The notes beneath the pieces are model-generated. The model had not been told where the DNA came from. It saw only the letters and a list, made by a program, of their open reading frames with translations, and did not search any database. A stretch of DNA of 64,000 nucleotides from an uncultured Actinomycetes bacterium (GTDB lineage: Bacteria > Actinomycetota > Acidimicrobiia > Acidimicrobiales > JACCXE01): positions 192,505-256,504 of the forward strand of contig OY970363.1 of the NCBI GenBank assembly GCA_963718605.1, written 5' to 3'. The translations under genes and the position numbers were made by a program. Shown here in pieces: positions 21,401-30,780 of this stretch (position 1 is the stretch's first letter; every line of letters starts with the position of its first letter).

Positions 21401-24345
21401 AAGAAATCATCGTGGACACCGACACGGTCCACTCCCAACACCTCACACCAAATCCCCGCAAGGAGTTCCTCAGTCGGAGTCCGCGGCGCCACAAACTCCT
21501 GGCCCAACTCCGGCCGCGAACCATCCGGCGCCGGCAACGCCTTGCGATCAACCTTGCCATTCGGCGTCAACGGCAACCCGTCCAACACCACAAACGCCGA
21601 CGGCACCATGTAATCCGGCAACACCCGACGCAGAGACTCACGCAACTCCGTCGTCGACAGAACACTCCCATCGACGGGCACCACATAACCAACCAACCGC
21701 TTGTCACCCGGCGCATCCTCCCGAGCAACCACCACCGCCTCACCCACCCCCACACAACCCAGCAACGCGGCCTCAACCTCACCACACTCAATCCGGAACC
21801 CCCGGATCTTCACCTGATCATCCAGCCGACCCAAAAACTCCAAATTCCCATCCGGCAAATACCGCACCACATCACCAGTCCGATAAAGCCGCGCCCCCGC
21901 CACATCACTAAAGGGATGCGGCACAAACCGCTCCGCCGTCAACTCCGGACGACGCAAATACCCCCGCGCCAAACCCACCCCACCAATAAACAACTCGCCC
22001 GCCACACCCACCGGCACCGGACGACCCCACCGATCCAACACAAACAACTCCGTATTCGCAATCGGCCGACCAATCGACGGCGACCCGACACCCCCAATCC
22101 GGCAAATGGATGCATCGACCGTGCACTCCGTCGGCCCGTAAACGTTGAAAGCTACGACGGACGAATTAACCAATTGGAGCCAGAGCTTCGTTGAGATGGG
22201 TTCGCCGCCAAGAAGCAACACGCGACACCCAAGCTCGGACCTCAGTTCCAACAGGACAGCCAATTGCGACGGAGTGCAGTCGAAAACGTCCACCCCGTCC
22301 AACCACGCGACGAGAAGCGTTGGCTCTGTCCGAAGGCGATCAGGAATGACCTCCAGCTGATCACCAAGAGTCAGACCCGTGAGTTGCTGGACGGAGGCAT
22401 CAAACGAAAGAGGTGCATTTAAGGCGATCCGACGAGCACCGGAAGGACGCGCGACTCTAAAGACGTCACCGAGAACCGTCATCAGGTTGACGACGCTGCG
22501 GTGTTCGATGAGGACGCCCTTGGGTTGGCCGGTGGATCCCGACGTATAAATCACATAAGCCAAGTCGGTGGCAGTCGCCGCCGGACCCGGGTTCGTGTCC
22601 GGGAAGCCGTCATAAACCGACGACTCGTCCAAACACAGAACCTCAGCAACACCAACGGGCAACGAGCCCAGAAGATGACGCTGACTCAACAGGACTGGCG
22701 CGGCGGTGTCCTCGAGCATGAACGCAAGCCGATCAGCGGGATAGTCGGGATCCAACGGCACATACGCGCCTCCCGCCTTCAAAATCGCGAGTAACCCGAC
22801 CACCATCTCCGGGCTGCGCTCCACACAGATCCCGACCAACACATCCGGACCCACACCCAGATCACGCAAATGATGCGCCAACCGGTTCGCCCGCCGATTC
22901 AACTCCCCATAAGACAGCGACACATCCTCAAACACCACCGCGGTCGCATCAGGATCCCGAACAACCTGATCCTCGAACAACTCATGCACACAACGATCCG
23001 ACGGAAACTCGACCGCCGTGTCATTCCACTCCACCAACAACTGGCGCCGCTCATCAACGCCAAGCAACTCCAACTCACCGATCCGACAATCCGGATCCGC
23101 CACAAGAAACTCGAGCGCGCGCACATACCAGTCGCCGACTTGTTCTGCGACTCGATGCGGGATAGCTGCGGCATCGATGTCGATCCCGAGATCGAGCCGC
23201 TTTCCGTCGGCTGACAGCTGAAAGCTCACGGCCAGCGCGAAATTTGTCCGTGCCTGAACGAACTCGAAGGCAGCGATCTCGTCCTTGACGCCGGATCCTG
23301 CGCTATGCGTGGCCCGTGTAAAATTGAATGTCGTATCGAACAACTCGCCGAGTTCACGCTCAAGCTCCGCCAAGGGGTACCTTCGAAAGCGGTACCCTTT
23401 TCGCTCACTCGCGACGACAGTTCTCACTAACTCCGAGCCTGTTGTCGACGCCGACGACGAGATGAAGAGCGGCGAGGTGTTGAGGAACAACCCGATCATG
23501 CTCTCGCCACCGGGGACGTTGGGACGACCGTGCGACACGAGCCCGGTCACAACGTCGGCGGCGCCGGTCAGCTGCTGCAACACGCATACATGGGCCGCGA
23601 GTAGCAACGAGCGAATAGACGTGTTAAGTCGACGCGCCACCTTCGACGCTTGCTCGAGTGCCTCAGGAGGAACGACAATCCGATCCGCGTGGAGTCGCCC
23701 TTCCCCAACGGGATCCGACGCCCGAATCCGAACTAGCGACGTCGGTCCACCGGAAAGTTCCTTGAGCCAGAACCCGCGCGCGTCGAGATCCGCGGCATGG
23801 CGCAATTCCTCGTCGACATAATCCTTGTAGGGAGGAGGCGTCGGGCGTTGAATCGTCGGGCGACCCTCTAAGGCTGCTCTGTAGTCGCCAAGAATTTCCT
23901 CGACCAGAAGAGAAACGCTCCGTCCGTCGAGTATTGAGTGATGGAAGGCGAGGCCGAGCCGGAAACCGTCTGCGGAAGGTTGAGTAAAAAAGCGAATGAG
24001 CGGCGGCTCAAGCCAAACAAAAGGGCGTGACCCCTCCGCCCTAAGCGTGGCGAGCCAGGTGGCATCGTCGCCAGCCGGGAGAAATAACAGATTCGGCACA
24101 AGCCCCTTCGGCCATACCAACTGCGTCGGTCCGACTGGATTAGCGAGGTCAAACGACGTTCGTAGTACCTCGTGTCGGTCCGAAGCTGACGTGGCAACGT
24201 CTTCAAACAGCTGAGCTTTCAGCGGCAGCGAGACGTTGGCGCTGAGAATGTCGTGGTACGTCCCACCGTCTAGCTCGGAGTGAAAGATCATTCCGAGCTG
24301 AAGCGGAGTCATTGGATACTGGCTCACGACGCTGTCGTCCATCAC
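6472..24345 (-). CDS. non-ribosomal peptide synthetase NRPS-C, 5 modules: C-A-T / C-A-T / C-A-T / C-A-T-E / C-A-T-TE
   Basis: 5957-aa ORF. C motifs [16 protein letters not shown] (x3) and HHLLLDGWS. Five copies of A motifs [16 protein letters not shown], Nx[40 protein letters not shown] and [10 protein letters not shown] motifs [11 protein letters not shown] (x3) and [11 protein letters not shown] (x2). E motif [10 protein letters not shown] and TE GFSLSGW. The ORF-track start 24345 is GTG; ATG at 24342 overlaps the upstream TGA (TGATG). Confidence 0.97.
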   Translation of the reverse strand: MMDDSVVSQYPMTPLQLGMIFHSELDGGTYHDILSANVSLPLKAQLFEDVATSASDRHEVLRTSFDLANPVGPTQLVWPKGLVPNLLFLPAGDDATWLATLRAEGSRPFVWLEPPLIRFFTQPSADGFRLGLAFHHSILDGRSVSLLVEEILGDYRAALEGRPTIQRPTPPPYKDYVDEELRHAADLDARGFWLKELSGGPTSLVRIRASDPVGEGRLHADRIVVPPEALEQASKVARRLNTSIRSLLLAAHVCVLQQLTGAADVVTGLVSHGRPNVPGGESMIGLFLNTSPLFISSSASTTGSELVRTVVASERKGYRFRRYPLAELERELGELFDTTFNFTRATHSAGSGVKDEIAAFEFVQARTNFALAVSFQLSADGKRLDLGIDIDAAAIPHRVAEQVGDWYVRALEFLVADPDCRIGELELLGVDERRQLLVEWNDTAVEFPSDRCVHELFEDQVVRDPDATAVVFEDVSLSYGELNRRANRLAHHLRDLGVGPDVLVGICVERSPEMVVGLLAILKAGGAYVPLDPDYPADRLAFMLEDTAAPVLLSQRHLLGSLPVGVAEVLCLDESSVYDGFPDTNPGPAATATDLAYVIYTSGSTGQPKGVLIEHRSVVNLMTVLGDVFRVARPSGARRIALNAPLSFDASVQQLTGLTLGDQLEVIPDRLRTEPTLLVAWLDGVDVFDCTPSQLAVLLELRSELGCRVLLLGGEPISTKLWLQLVNSSVVAFNVYGPTECTVDASICRIGGVGSPSIGRPIANTELFVLDRWGRPVPVGVAGELFIGGVGLARGYLRRPELTAERFVPHPFSDVAGARLYRTGDVVRYLPDGNLEFLGRLDDQVKIRGFRIECGEVEAALLGCVGVGEAVVVAREDAPGDKRLVGYVVPVDGSVLSTTELRESLRRVLPDYMVPSAFVVLDGLPLTPNGKVDRKALPAPDGSRPELGQEFVAPRTPTEELLAGIWCEVLGVDRVGVHDDFFALGGHSLLATQVVSRVRAAFQAELAVKSLFESSTLAGLARVVDEALLADVGVVVPRVVCVSRDVTLPLSFAQQQLWFLHQWAPESSVYNVPLALRLRGSLDVGALELALGAVVARHEVLRTTFAAPGGKAEQVIWPVGDVPVVVWDVSGLAPGEAELEARRLVVEEASRPFDLERGPLVRAGLVRVGGEDHVFVLTLHHIVTDGWSLSVLLRELSAGYDAFSRGESAPFEALAIQYADFAVWQREWLTGDVLETQLGFWRDHLGGVPALELPTDRPRPPVRGDAGASFSFSLDAELSDGVRDLGQRYGATLFMTLLAAFQVLLHRYSGQDDFVVGTPIAGRNRAEIEPLIGFFVNTLPLRADCAGDPSFGELLGRVRETALGAYAHQDLPFEKLVEELQPERDPSRHPLFQVSVGLHASETGRTLVLEGLEVDGFELSHETAKFDLSFHFIDSDEAIVGAIEYATDLFDSSTVARMAGHLRNLLAGMVADPDCRIGELELLGVDERRQLLVEWNDTAVEFPSDRCVHELFEDQVVRDPDATAVVFEDVSLSYGELNRRANRLAHHLRDLGVGPDVLVGICVERSPEMVVGLLAILKAGGAYVPLDPDYPADRLAFMLEDTAAPVLLTHSAVEGRLPWTNTFAICVDDVAAWADQPDTNPGPIAAADNLAYVIYTSGSTGQPKGVLIEHHSILRLVFGLPFLAVGSKPTVLHLATLNFDASTFELWCPLLHGGTAVLVSGNDLPSARDLEVTIRNQSIGMLWLTASLFNAYVDQGSAGLFAGLSTLVIGGETLSYQHVARFMEASPTVSVVNGYGPTEATTFTCTYPIRKDVRGSLPIGRPIANTELFVLDRWGRPVPVGVAGELFIGGVGLARGYLRRPELTAERFVPHPFSDVAGARLYRTGDVVRYLPDGNLEFLGRLDDQVKIRGFRIECGEVEAALLGCVGVGEAVVVAREDAPGDKRLVGYVVPVDGSVLSTTELRESLRRVLPDYMVPSAFVVLDGLPLTPNGKVDRKALPAPDGSRPELGQEFVAPRTPTEELLAGIWCEVLGVDRVGVHDDFFALGGHSLLATQVVSRVRVVFGVELLLRSLFEDPTVAALADVVAGGGGESAAPPIVVAARDGDLPLSFAQQRLWFLDRLVPSSVYNVPLALRLRGSLDVGALELALGAVVARHEVLRTTFAAPGGKAEQVIWPVGDVPVVVWDVSGLAPGEAELEARRLVVEEASRPFDLERGPLVRAGLVRVGGEDHVFVLTLHHIVTDGWSLSVLLRELSAGYDAFSRGESAPFEALAIQYADFAVWQREWLTGDVLETQLGFWRDHLGGVPALELPTDRPRPPVRGDAGASFSFSLDAELSDGVRDLGQRYGATLFMTLLAAFQVLLHRYSGQDDFVVGTPIAGRNRAEIEPLIGFFVNTLPLRADCAGDPSFGELLGRVRETALGAYAHQDLPFEKLVEELRLPRDLSHTPLFQTMFVLQNNSREAFSLGSLDVEQFGVSRTTAKFDLTLAMAEGDGGLLCEFEYATDLFDSSTVARMAGHLRNLLAGMVADPDCRIGELELLGVDERRQLLVEWNDTAVEFPSDRCVHELFEDQVVRDPDATAVVFEDVSLSYGELNRRANRLAHHLRDLGVGPDVLVGICVERSPEMVVGLLAILKAGGAYVPLDPDYPADRLAFMLEDTAAPVLLSQRHLLGSLPVGVAEVLCLDESSVYDGFPDTNPGPAATATDLAYVIYTSGSTGQPKGVLIEHRSLTNLVISMQADLGLGVAGRMLAVTSLSFDIAALELFLPIVEGASVRIASSSSAVEANLLVEAVNDPLVTVMQATPVTWQMLVQAGWEKPALTVLCGGEAMNRRLASELVSRAGAVWNLYGPTETTIWSAQFPIDGSVSLGSPPIGRPIANTELFVLDRWGRPVPVGVAGELFIGGVGLARGYLRRPELTAERFVPHPFSDVAGARLYRTGDVVRYLPDGNLEFLGRLDDQVKIRGFRIECGEVEAALLGCVGVGEAVVVAREDAPGDKRLVGYVVPVDGSVLSTTELRESLRRVLPDYMVPSAFVVLDGLPLTPNGKVDRKALPAPDGSRPELGQEFVAPRTPTEELLAGIWCEVLGVDRVGVHDDFFALGGHSLLATQVVSRVRVVFGVELLLRSLFEDPTVAALADVVAGGGGESAAPPIVVAARDGDLPLSFAQQRLWFLDRLVPSSVYNVPLALRLRGSLDVGALELALGAVVARHEVLRTTFAAPGGKAEQVIWPVGDVPVVVWDVSGLAPGEAELEARRLVVEEASRPFDLERGPLVRAGLVRVGGEDHVFVLTLHHIVTDGWSLSVLLRELSAGYDAFSRGESAPFEALAIQYADFAVWQREWLTGDVLETQLGFWRDHLGGVPALELPTDRPRPPVRGDAGASFSFSLDAELSDGVRDLGQRYGATLFMTLLAAFQVLLHRYSGQDDFVVGTPIAGRNRAEIEPLIGFFVNTLPLRADCAGDPSFGELLGRVRETALGAYAHQDLPFEKLVEELRLPRDLSHTPLFQTMFVLQNNSREAFSLGSLDVEQFGVSRTTAKFDLTLAMAEGDGGLLCEFEYATDLFDSSTVARMAGHLRNLLAGMVADPDCRIGELELLGVDERRQLLVEWNDTAVEFPSDRCVHELFEDQVVRDPDATAVVFEDVSLSYGELNRRANRLAHHLRDLGVGPDVLVGICVERSPEMVVGLLAILKAGGAYVPLDPDYPADRLAFMLEDTAAPVLLSQRHLLGSLPVGVAEVLCLDESSVYDGFPDTNPGPAATATDLAYVIYTSGSTGQPKGVLIEHRSLTNLVSWHVGAYGLDAAQRCGQFASLAFDASVWEVWPPLSSGASLSLVPSAARGDVEAVLGWWERDGLTTTFLPTAMAEGVVSSPSASDASLGRLLVGGDRWSAHVGGVPFEIVNHYGPTECTVVTTAGRISSNGVGSPPIGRPIANTELFVLDRWGRPVPVGVAGELFIGGVGLARGYLRRPELTAERFVPHPFSDVAGARLYRTGDVVRYLPDGNLEFLGRLDDQVKIRGFRIECGEVEAALLGCVGVGEAVVVAREDAPGDKRLVGYVVPVDGSVLSTTELRESLRRVLPDYMVPSAFVVLDGLPLTPNGKVDRKALPAPDGSRPELGQEFVAPRTPTEELLAGIWCEVLGVDRVGVHDDFFALGGDSILSIQVISRARNAGVEITPRMLFQNPTVEELAAVAGHSIGVHASQAAVEGHVLLSPIQRWFLEGSTVDAHHFNQSMLLEVTAGTHADLLEEALGELVGHHDALRLRFELIDGAWRQHCDAQIGPFMLERVDLSGHPNWLSLLQEHAGRIQAGLDLCAGPLVRACWFDLGGGQARLLLVAHHLVIDWVSWSILFEDLGLVYSQLRDGLVVQLPAKTSSFQAWSQRLTDFASSPELNAELEYWSGVRSATPLPLDYRDGLNRVGSTDVVGAQLDRSSTASLLRDVPPIYRTQINDVLLAALGRAVSSWAGSTKVLVNLEGHGREDLFDDIDLSRTIGWFTSLFPVCLDLEDVVDPGETLISVKEQLRTVPGRGIGFGLLRHLHPDSSVREMLAASAELSFNYLGQSSSAVSASMFRVLSEARGWERSPDAQRDHVLDVVAQVVDGELQVGFTFSRDLHERSTIEVLVTAFLAELRTLIKHCTAVGFEGCTPSDFPLARLSPSQLDRIGDLCGGLRRVEDIYPLAPLQQGMLFHTLFAPDSGVYVEQLEMQFEGIDASRLEQSWLDVISRHESLRAAVFWDGLDQPVQVVVRSPDVEFAHLDWRDQNHAEQRESLRALLATDRAAGFELTRAPLMRFRCIRESDRKHRLVWSYHHLLLDGWSVGRVVNEVFAVYGGGPAPVAARPYRDYIQWIAGQDQASAQAFWRDYLAGFSSPLTLGSAADKSELDEMPRVVSQQVTVNEELSALLQQFAAEHRLTLNTLVQGAWALLLAAHSGETDVVFGATTSGRPAALPGVESMVGCFINTLPVRVRVDGEFSVLDLLTELQDRQIELREFEYSSLAEIQNLSELPPGTSLFENIVVFENYPIEAAAPQRDEFDVRIVGAHEQTNFPLLLVASPRPHLSLRLSHDTRRFDSSTVARMAGHLRNLLAGMVADPDCRIGELELLGVDERRQLLVEWNDTAVEFPSDRCVHELFEDQVVRDPDATAVVFEDVSLSYGELNRRANRLAHHLRDLGVGPDVLVGICVERSPEMVVGLLAILKAGGAYVPLDPDYPADRLAFMLEDTAAPVLLSQRHLLGSLPVGVAEVLCLDESSVYDGFPDTNPGPAATATDLAYVIYTSGSTGQPKGVLIEHRSLTNLVSWHVGAYGLDAAQRCGQFASLAFDASVWEVWPPLSSGASLSLVPSAARGDVEAVLGWWERDGLTTTFLPTAMAEGVVSSPSASDASLGRLLVGGDRWSARVGGVPFEIVNHYGPTECTVVTTAGRISSNGVGSPPIGRPIANTELFVLDRWGRPVPVGVAGELFIGGVGLARGYLRRPELTAERFVPHPFSDVAGARLYRTGDVVRYLPDGNLEFLGRLDDQVKIRGFRIECGEVEAALLGCVGVGEAVVVAREDAPGDKRLVGYVVPVDGSVLSTTELRESLRRVLPDYMVPSAFVVLDGLPLTPNGKVDRKALPAPDGSRPELGQEFVAPRTPTEELLAGIWCEVLGVDRVGVHDDFFALGGDSILSIQVISRARNAGVEITPRMLFQNPTVEELAADGEDRSSLPRPVGQSRGTKPPIWLLSPCPGIASHVQANWRRSGYERELYALDPEPFVDGVYSVDLHDDARRRARMIQAMLVDGITKVTVVGFSLSGWPATIAATELKNLGLNVNLVLVEPTPLEAIRAQSVYSASTLPEAFGMEGELFDEFAAAGLHQPFDPTNGRSQLERAIEIVRRVLPSHGNDIGEYEFHSSWLLLAFQCANQSVAAYDVSTELLIASPRLQLTEQLRSTWNVVYPTMQIVTVDTLVEHSKLLDAPEVLAYLDTI
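6475..7250 (-). other. thioesterase (TE) domain of NRPS-C
   Basis: C-terminal ~260 aa after the last T domain. GFSLSGW (GxSxG, about 6988-7008) and a C-terminal His in [10 protein letters not shown]. The DNA is visibly less GC-rich and less C-skewed than the repeated scaffold. Confidence 0.8.
7280..9159. repeat. NRPS direct repeat, copy 1 of 2 (1880 bp; partner 11792-13671; offset 4512 bp)
   Basis: Covers the whole A domain plus T of modules 7 and 6. I found one mismatch (8177 c versus 12689 t). The boundaries gccgcgagttcc... and ...cgaatcaaa were read directly. Confidence 0.9.
10440..11775 (-). other. epimerisation (E) domain of NRPS-C
   Basis: [10 protein letters not shown]...[10 protein letters not shown] (His motif at 11323-11352)...SFNYLGQ. 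It lies between a GGDSI-type T and a DCL-type C. Confidence 0.85.
11792..13671. repeat. NRPS direct repeat, copy 2 of 2 (partner 7280-9159)
   Basis: See the partner entry. Antisense ORFs 7408..8274 and 11920..12786 differ by one residue. Confidence 0.9.
12987..15735. repeat. NRPS inter-module direct repeat, copy 1 of 2 (2749 bp; partner 16146-18894; period 3159 bp)
   Basis: Six overlapping antisense ORFs in different frames have identical translations at +3159 (for example 13852..14982 and 17011..18141). Spot-checked lines are identical. The boundaries were read directly: divergence begins after ...caatcgg at 15735/18894 and before tcaccaagttgg at 12987/16146. Confidence 0.9.
14882..18040 (-). 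other. NRPS module 5 (C-A-T), predicted Gly
   Basis: A core 15736-16145. Pocket residues D I L Q L G L I W K are an exact match to the canonical Gly code DILQLGLIWK ([29 protein letters not shown]). Confidence 0.75.
16146..18894. repeat. NRPS inter-module direct repeat, copy 2 of 2 (partner 12987-15735)
   Basis: See the partner entry. It encodes the A N-half, the whole C domain, the T domain and the A C-half of adjacent modules. Confidence 0.9.
18041..21200 (-). other. NRPS module 4 (C-A-T), predicted Val-like
   Basis: Variable A region ~18895-19480. Pocket D A F W V G N T F K, closest to the Val code DAFWIGGTFK. Confidence 0.65.
19481..22081. repeat. NRPS direct repeat, copy 1 of 2 (2601 bp; partner 25759-28359 in the neighbouring gene; offset 6278 bp)
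   Basis: Antisense ORFs are identical (for example 20242..21264 and 26520..27542; 19705..20112 and 25983..26390), as is the sense protein. Boundaries were read directly. Confidence 0.9.
21201..24345 (-). other. NRPS module 3 (DCL-like C - A - T), predicted Gln
   Basis: C starts [14 protein letters not shown] core ~22082-22495. Pocket D A Q D L G V V D K is an exact match to the canonical Gln code ([29 protein letters not shown]). Confidence 0.75.
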
Positions 24346-27300
24346 GAACGTCTGTCATCGCTGTCTACCTGCAGTCGAGCCAACTCGGCGACCACCGGAT
24401 ACTGAAAGAAGTCTCCGGGATCGATCTCCACACCGGCGTTTCGTGCCCGTGAGATGACCTGAATGCTCAGGATCGAGTCGCCACCCAACGCGAAGAAATC
24501 ATCGTGGACACCGACACGGTCCACTCCCAACACCTCACACCAAATCCCCGCAAGGAGTTCCTCAGTCGGAGTCCGCGGCGCCACAAACTCCTGGCCCAAC
24601 TCCGGCCGCGAACCATCCGGCGCCGGCAACGCCTTGCGATCAACCTTGCCATTCGGCGTCAACGGCAACCCGTCCAACACCACAAACGCCGACGGCACCA
24701 TGTAATCCGGCAACACCCGACGCAGAGACTCACGCAACTCCGTCGTCGACAGAACACTCCCATCGACGGGCACCACATAACCAACCAACCGCTTGTCACC
24801 CGGCGCATCCTCCCGAGCAACCACCACCGCCTCACCCACCCCCACACAACCCAGCAACGCGGCCTCAACCTCACCACACTCAATCCGGAACCCCCGGATC
24901 TTCACCTGATCATCCAGCCGACCCAAAAACTCCAAATTCCCATCCGGCAAATACCGCACCACATCACCAGTCCGATAAAGCCGCGCCCCCGCCACATCAC
25001 TAAAGGGATGCGGCACAAACCGCTCCGCCGTCAACTCCGGACGACGCAAATACCCCCGCGCCAAACCCACCCCACCAATAAACAACTCGCCCGCCACACC
25101 CACCGGCACCGGACGACCCCACCGATCCAACACAAACAACTCCGTATTCGCAATCGGCCGACCAATCGGCACCGAACTGCCGGGCGCACCCTCGTCCGAA
25201 ATAGCAAACCAACTAGAAAACGTCGTTACCTCAGTCGGCCCATAACCATTCGCTAGCGTCGCATCCGATACGGAAAGAAACTGCCTTGTATGTCGACGAC
25301 TCACCGCTTCGCCGCCAATCACTAGCGTGCGCAGGCCAGCCCAGGATCCGATCCCGCCATCGTCTACGTATGCGTTGAACAGTGAAGAAGTGAGCCACAT
25401 AGTGTCGACGGCATGCTTCCCAATACTCCGCCCGACCTCCGCAGCATCTGGCGGCGTGACCGTTACCAATTGGACGATGGCGCCGCCTTGCAAGAGTGGC
25501 CACCAGACTTCGAATGTCGATGCATCGAAGCTCAGAGTTGCAAGCTGCAGCAGGCGCGGCCGATTCTGGCCAACGACGATCGGCAAGCCGAATACCAGCC
25601 GAAGAATCGAATGGTGTTCGATGAGGACGCCCTTGGGTTGGCCGGTGGATCCCGACGTATAAATCACATAAGCCAAGTCGGTGGCAGTCGCCGCCGGACC
25701 CGGGTTCGTGTCCGGGAAGCCGTCATAAGTGTCCGGATCGTCGATGCGAACAATCAACGTGTTCGTCCAGGGCAGCCTGCCTTCGACAGCGCTGTGTGTG
25801 AGCAGGACTGGCGCGGCGGTGTCCTCGAGCATGAACGCAAGCCGATCAGCGGGATAGTCGGGATCCAACGGCACATACGCGCCTCCCGCCTTCAAAATCG
25901 CGAGTAACCCGACCACCATCTCCGGGCTGCGCTCCACACAGATCCCGACCAACACATCCGGACCCACACCCAGATCACGCAAATGATGCGCCAACCGGTT
26001 CGCCCGCCGATTCAACTCCCCATAAGACAGCGACACATCCTCAAACACCACCGCGGTCGCATCAGGATCCCGAACAACCTGATCCTCGAACAACTCATGC
26101 ACACAACGATCCGACGGAAACTCGACCGCCGTGTCATTCCACTCCACCAACAACTGGCGCCGCTCATCAACGCCAAGCAACTCCAACTCACCGATCCGAC
26201 AATCCGGATCCGCCACCATCCCCGCCAACAGGTTCCGCAAATGCCCCGCCATCCGCGCCACCGTCGACGAATCAAACAAATCCGTCGCATACTCAATCGC
26301 CCCGACAATGGCTTCATCGCTATCAATGAAATGGAACGACAAATCAAACTTGGCGGTCTCATGCGACAGTTCGAAACCATCGACTTCTAGACCTTCCAGC
26401 ACCAACGTCCGGCCAGTCTCCGAGGCATGCAACCCGACACTCACCTGAAACAGCGGATGCCGACTCGGATCGCGCTCAGGCTGTAACTCCTCGACAAGTT
26501 TCTCGAACGGCAAATCCTGATGCGCATACGCGCCCAGCGCCGTCTCACGCACCCGACCCAACAACTCCCCGAAACTCGGATCACCCGCACAGTCAGCCCG
26601 CAACGGCAACGTGTTCACAAAAAAACCGATCAGCGGCTCAATCTCCGCCCGATTCCGGCCAGCGATCGGCGTGCCAACCACAAAATCGTCCTGACCGCTG
26701 TAACGATGCAGCAACACCTGGAACGCAGCCAACAACGTCATAAACAACGTCGCCCCATAACGCTGCCCCAAGTCACGCACACCATCGCTCAGCTCAGCAT
26801 CAAGACTGAAACTGAAACTCGCTCCCGCATCACCGCGCACCGGCGGCCGCGGACGATCCGTCGGCAACTCCAACGCCGGCACACCGCCCAGATGGTCACG
26901 CCAAAACCCCAACTGCGTTTCCAGCACATCACCGGTCAACCACTCCCGCTGCCACACCGCAAAATCCGCATACTGAATCGCCAACGCTTCGAACGGCGCA
27001 GACTCACCGCGACTGAACGCGTCATAACCAGCAGACAACTCACGCAACAACACCGACAACGACCAACCATCAGTCACGATGTGATGCAACGTCAAAACAA
27101 ACACGTGGTCCTCACCGCCCACACGCACCAACCCGGCGCGCACCAACGGACCACGCTCAAGATCAAACGGCCGCGACGCCTCCTCAACCACCAAACGCCG
27201 CGCCTCCAGCTCCGCCTCGCCCGGCGCCAACCCACTCACATCCCACACCACAACCGGCACATCCCCAACCGGCCAAATCACCTGCTCAGCCTTCCCCCCC

Positions 27301-30300
27301 GGCGCAGCAAACGTCGTGCGCAACACCTCATGCCGCGCCACCACCGCACCCAACGCCAACTCCAACGCCCCCACATCAAGCGACCCACGCAAACGCAACG
27401 CCAACGGAACGTTGTAAACCGAACTCTCCGGCGCCCACTGATGCAGAAACCACAACTGCTGCTGCGCAAACGACAACGGCAACGTCACATCACGAGACAC
27501 ACACACAACCCGCGGAACAACCACACCGACATCAGCCAGTAACGCCTCGTCGACCACCCGAGCCAACCCCGCCAACGTCGACGACTCAAACAGCGACTTC
27601 ACCGCCAACTCGGCCTGGAACGCCGCCCGCACCCGCGACACCACCTGCGTGGCCAACAACGAATGCCCACCCAACGCGAAGAAATCATCGTGGACACCGA
27701 CACGGTCCACTCCCAACACCTCACACCAAATCCCCGCAAGGAGTTCCTCAGTCGGAGTCCGCGGCGCCACAAACTCCTGGCCCAACTCCGGCCGCGAACC
27801 ATCCGGCGCCGGCAACGCCTTGCGATCAACCTTGCCATTCGGCGTCAACGGCAACCCGTCCAACACCACAAACGCCGACGGCACCATGTAATCCGGCAAC
27901 ACCCGACGCAGAGACTCACGCAACTCCGTCGTCGACAGAACACTCCCATCGACGGGCACCACATAACCAACCAACCGCTTGTCACCCGGCGCATCCTCCC
28001 GAGCAACCACCACCGCCTCACCCACCCCCACACAACCCAGCAACGCGGCCTCAACCTCACCACACTCAATCCGGAACCCCCGGATCTTCACCTGATCATC
28101 CAGCCGACCCAAAAACTCCAAATTCCCATCCGGCAAATACCGCACCACATCACCAGTCCGATAAAGCCGCGCCCCCGCCACATCACTAAAGGGATGCGGC
28201 ACAAACCGCTCCGCCGTCAACTCCGGACGACGCAAATACCCCCGCGCCAAACCCACCCCACCAATAAACAACTCGCCCGCCACACCCACCGGCACCGGAC
28301 GACCCCACCGATCCAACACAAACAACTCCGTATTCGCAATCGGCCGACCAATCGACGGCAAGCAACCATCCACAGGATTGTCCACAGGGAAACTGCTCGC
28401 GGTCGCCAGGACCGTCGCCTCAGTCGGCCCATAGTGATTGCCAAGCGTGATTCGGCTATCGACAGGAACTCCGCTCAGTAACCGATCACCACCAGTGAAG
28501 AGAACCCTCACCGAGGATCCAGCCTCCAACAGCCGTTCAACCGCTTCCACTGCCCAAACCGTCGCGATGTACGCGATCGACACCTCGCGATCAATCAACC
28601 AACGCACCGACGCGCTCAAATCCCGGCGCGTCCACTCGTCACAGACGACCACCGAGGCCCCTGCGACCAACCCCGCCCACAGTTCAAGAACTGACGCGTC
28701 AAAACCAAACTCAGCCAAAACCCCGCACCGATCCACGTGCGACACGCCATATCGGCCCACATGCCACTGCACAACATTCACGACTGACCGATGCTCGATC
28801 ATCACGCCCTTGGGCTGGCCGGTGGATCCCGACGTATAAATCACATAAGCCAAGTCGGTGGCAGTCGCCGCCGGACCCGGGTTCGTGTCCGGGAAGCCGT
28901 CATAAACCGACGACTCGTCCAAACACAGAACCTCAGCAACACCAACGGGCAACGAGCCCAGAAGATGACGCTGACTCAACAGGACTGGCGCGGCGGTGTC
29001 CTCGAGCATGAACGCAAGCCGATCAGCGGGATAGTCGGGATCCAACGGCACATACGCGCCTCCCGCCTTCAAAATCGCGAGTAACCCGACCACCATCTCC
29101 GGGCTGCGCTCCACACAGATCCCGACCAACACATCCGGACCCACACCCAGATCACGCAAATGATGCGCCAACCGGTTCGCCCGCCGATTCAACTCCCCAT
29201 AAGACAGCGACACATCCTCAAACACCACCGCGGTCGCATCAGGATCCCGAACAACCTGATCCTCGAACAACTCATGCACACAACGATCCGACGGAAACTC
29301 GACCGCCGTGTCATTCCACTCCACCAACAACTGGCGCCGCTCATTCGACCCCAAAAGCTCTAGTTGGGACAACCGCGCCTTCGGACGCCCGACGAGGTTC
29401 TCAAGTAGCCGCTTAAAACGCTCGGCCAGCCGTTCGATCGTCGCTCGGTCGAATAGCTCCGACGAGTACTCGAGAACGAAGCTCTGAGGCATCGAGCTAG
29501 CCACGCGCGCCGTCAACAACAGGTCGAACTTCGCGGTGTTTCTCGGGATCAATATTTCAGTAACTTCGGCACCAATTAGCCCGAGACGGTCGTGGTTCTC
29601 TGCCTCCATCGCAAAAGCGACTTGAAAAATCGGGTGTTGGCCGGTACTGCGATCCGGGCGCAGCACCTCCACGATGTGTTCGAACGGTACGTCCTGATGT
29701 CGCAGCGCCTGAAGCGTGACATCGCGGACGCGATCGACCACCTCAAGGAAGCTCGGATCGCCAGAAAGATCGAGACGCAGAGGAAGCACATTGGCGAAGA
29801 GCCCGACGACGTCTTCGGTGATCGAGTGTGTTCGCCCCGCGGTCGGCGTGCCCACAACGACCGTGTCTTGGTTGCTCACCTTCGCCAGAAGGCACGCCCA
29901 GGCTCCCAACAGCGCCATGAAAGGAGTTGCTTTGACGTTGCGCGCGATCGGCGCCAGTCCGGCGGTAGTGCCGGAGTCCACGAAGAAGTCGACCTGCCCG
30001 CCGGACGTAGTTGCACGACGCGTACACCGGTTGTCAACCGGCAATTCGATGCGGGAAACATCCGACAATTGTTGAGTCCAGTAGTCCAGCATTGCATCGA
30101 ATTGCCCCTCGCCTGCTGCGCGGCGTTGCCAGTTGGCGAACTCCCTATAGCTGATTCGGGCTGGGCCGGCCTTGACCTCCTTGTCGGCGTGCAGGCGCGC
30201 TTCGTACCGTTCCGAGAGTTCGTTGAGTACGAGATTTAGCGACCAACCGTCCACGATCGCGTGGTGGAACGCCATGGCGAACGCGTACTCACGCTCACCA

Positions 30301-30704
30301 ACTGCCCAAAGAGCCGCGCGCCATAGCGGAGCCGCACGTAAGTCGAACGGCCTTTGAACAAACGCCGTAACGGATCGCAGCAGATCATCCTCTGACAACT
30401 CTCCAACCGTGAAGTAAGCGCTGACATCGAGTGCGTCCTCGACCACCACGTGCGCCAACCCGGCGTGAATCTCAAATCTGCTCCGCAACGAGCCGTGGGA
30501 TACGACCACCTCGCTCCATGCGTCGCGCAACGCGACCGGGTGAACTGAACCACTTATGCGGCACGCGAACCATGCGTTGTATTGAGAGCTTGCACCGTGC
30601 AGCTCGTCAAGGAACCAAATTCCTTGCTGCGCGAGCGAGGCTATGTAGGTCCGTTCTTCATCGTCTTCGTCACGAAGCCCTGGGCCTGTCGACAGATCCG
30701 CCAT
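24342..30704 (-). CDS. non-ribosomal peptide synthetase NRPS-B, 2 modules: C-A-T / C-A-T
   Basis: 2120-aa ORF starting at ATG 30704. C motifs HHAIVDGWS and HHIVTDGWS, two full A domains, and T motifs GGHSLLA then GGDSILS. The stop overlaps the NRPS-C start. Confidence 0.97.
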   Translation of the reverse strand: MADLSTGPGLRDEDDEERTYIASLAQQGIWFLDELHGASSQYNAWFACRISGSVHPVALRDAWSEVVVSHGSLRSRFEIHAGLAHVVVEDALDVSAYFTVGELSEDDLLRSVTAFVQRPFDLRAAPLWRAALWAVGEREYAFAMAFHHAIVDGWSLNLVLNELSERYEARLHADKEVKAGPARISYREFANWQRRAAGEGQFDAMLDYWTQQLSDVSRIELPVDNRCTRRATTSGGQVDFFVDSGTTAGLAPIARNVKATPFMALLGAWACLLAKVSNQDTVVVGTPTAGRTHSITEDVVGLFANVLPLRLDLSGDPSFLEVVDRVRDVTLQALRHQDVPFEHIVEVLRPDRSTGQHPIFQVAFAMEAENHDRLGLIGAEVTEILIPRNTAKFDLLLTARVASSMPQSFVLEYSSELFDRATIERLAERFKRLLENLVGRPKARLSQLELLGSNERRQLLVEWNDTAVEFPSDRCVHELFEDQVVRDPDATAVVFEDVSLSYGELNRRANRLAHHLRDLGVGPDVLVGICVERSPEMVVGLLAILKAGGAYVPLDPDYPADRLAFMLEDTAAPVLLSQRHLLGSLPVGVAEVLCLDESSVYDGFPDTNPGPAATATDLAYVIYTSGSTGQPKGVMIEHRSVVNVVQWHVGRYGVSHVDRCGVLAEFGFDASVLELWAGLVAGASVVVCDEWTRRDLSASVRWLIDREVSIAYIATVWAVEAVERLLEAGSSVRVLFTGGDRLLSGVPVDSRITLGNHYGPTEATVLATASSFPVDNPVDGCLPSIGRPIANTELFVLDRWGRPVPVGVAGELFIGGVGLARGYLRRPELTAERFVPHPFSDVAGARLYRTGDVVRYLPDGNLEFLGRLDDQVKIRGFRIECGEVEAALLGCVGVGEAVVVAREDAPGDKRLVGYVVPVDGSVLSTTELRESLRRVLPDYMVPSAFVVLDGLPLTPNGKVDRKALPAPDGSRPELGQEFVAPRTPTEELLAGIWCEVLGVDRVGVHDDFFALGGHSLLATQVVSRVRAAFQAELAVKSLFESSTLAGLARVVDEALLADVGVVVPRVVCVSRDVTLPLSFAQQQLWFLHQWAPESSVYNVPLALRLRGSLDVGALELALGAVVARHEVLRTTFAAPGGKAEQVIWPVGDVPVVVWDVSGLAPGEAELEARRLVVEEASRPFDLERGPLVRAGLVRVGGEDHVFVLTLHHIVTDGWSLSVLLRELSAGYDAFSRGESAPFEALAIQYADFAVWQREWLTGDVLETQLGFWRDHLGGVPALELPTDRPRPPVRGDAGASFSFSLDAELSDGVRDLGQRYGATLFMTLLAAFQVLLHRYSGQDDFVVGTPIAGRNRAEIEPLIGFFVNTLPLRADCAGDPSFGELLGRVRETALGAYAHQDLPFEKLVEELQPERDPSRHPLFQVSVGLHASETGRTLVLEGLEVDGFELSHETAKFDLSFHFIDSDEAIVGAIEYATDLFDSSTVARMAGHLRNLLAGMVADPDCRIGELELLGVDERRQLLVEWNDTAVEFPSDRCVHELFEDQVVRDPDATAVVFEDVSLSYGELNRRANRLAHHLRDLGVGPDVLVGICVERSPEMVVGLLAILKAGGAYVPLDPDYPADRLAFMLEDTAAPVLLTHSAVEGRLPWTNTLIVRIDDPDTYDGFPDTNPGPAATATDLAYVIYTSGSTGQPKGVLIEHHSILRLVFGLPIVVGQNRPRLLQLATLSFDASTFEVWWPLLQGGAIVQLVTVTPPDAAEVGRSIGKHAVDTMWLTSSLFNAYVDDGGIGSWAGLRTLVIGGEAVSRRHTRQFLSVSDATLANGYGPTEVTTFSSWFAISDEGAPGSSVPIGRPIANTELFVLDRWGRPVPVGVAGELFIGGVGLARGYLRRPELTAERFVPHPFSDVAGARLYRTGDVVRYLPDGNLEFLGRLDDQVKIRGFRIECGEVEAALLGCVGVGEAVVVAREDAPGDKRLVGYVVPVDGSVLSTTELRESLRRVLPDYMVPSAFVVLDGLPLTPNGKVDRKALPAPDGSRPELGQEFVAPRTPTEELLAGIWCEVLGVDRVGVHDDFFALGGDSILSIQVISRARNAGVEIDPGDFFQYPVVAELARLQVDSDDRRS
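24345..27478 (-). other. NRPS module 2 (C-A-T), predicted Val-like
   Basis: Variable A region ~25171-25758. Pocket D A F W V G N T F K is the same code as module 4, although the cores are only related and not identical. The terminal T is GGDSI-type. Confidence 0.65.
25759..28359. repeat. NRPS direct repeat, copy 2 of 2 (partner 19481-22081)
   Basis: See the partner entry. This pair spans NRPS-B and NRPS-C. Confidence 0.9.
27479..30704 (-). other. NRPS module 1 (C-A-T), substrate not recognised
   Basis: A core ~28360-28820 is identical to the NRPS-A loading domain. Pocket read as D A L Y F G H V L K, which matches no code I know. Confidence 0.6.
27787..28861. repeat. NRPS direct repeat, copy 1 of 2 (1075 bp; partner 32009-33083 in NRPS-A; offset 4222 bp)
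   Basis: Includes the complete specificity core of A1 and A0. Antisense ORFs 28438..28839 and 32660..33061 are identical, as are 28217..28444 and 32439..32666. Confidence 0.9.
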
Positions 30705-30780
30705 AGCACGCCTCAGTTCTTAGAAAGTGCTAGCTGGGCGCATTGACGCGGACCCAGTTGCTCGAGCATCTCGCACGTAC

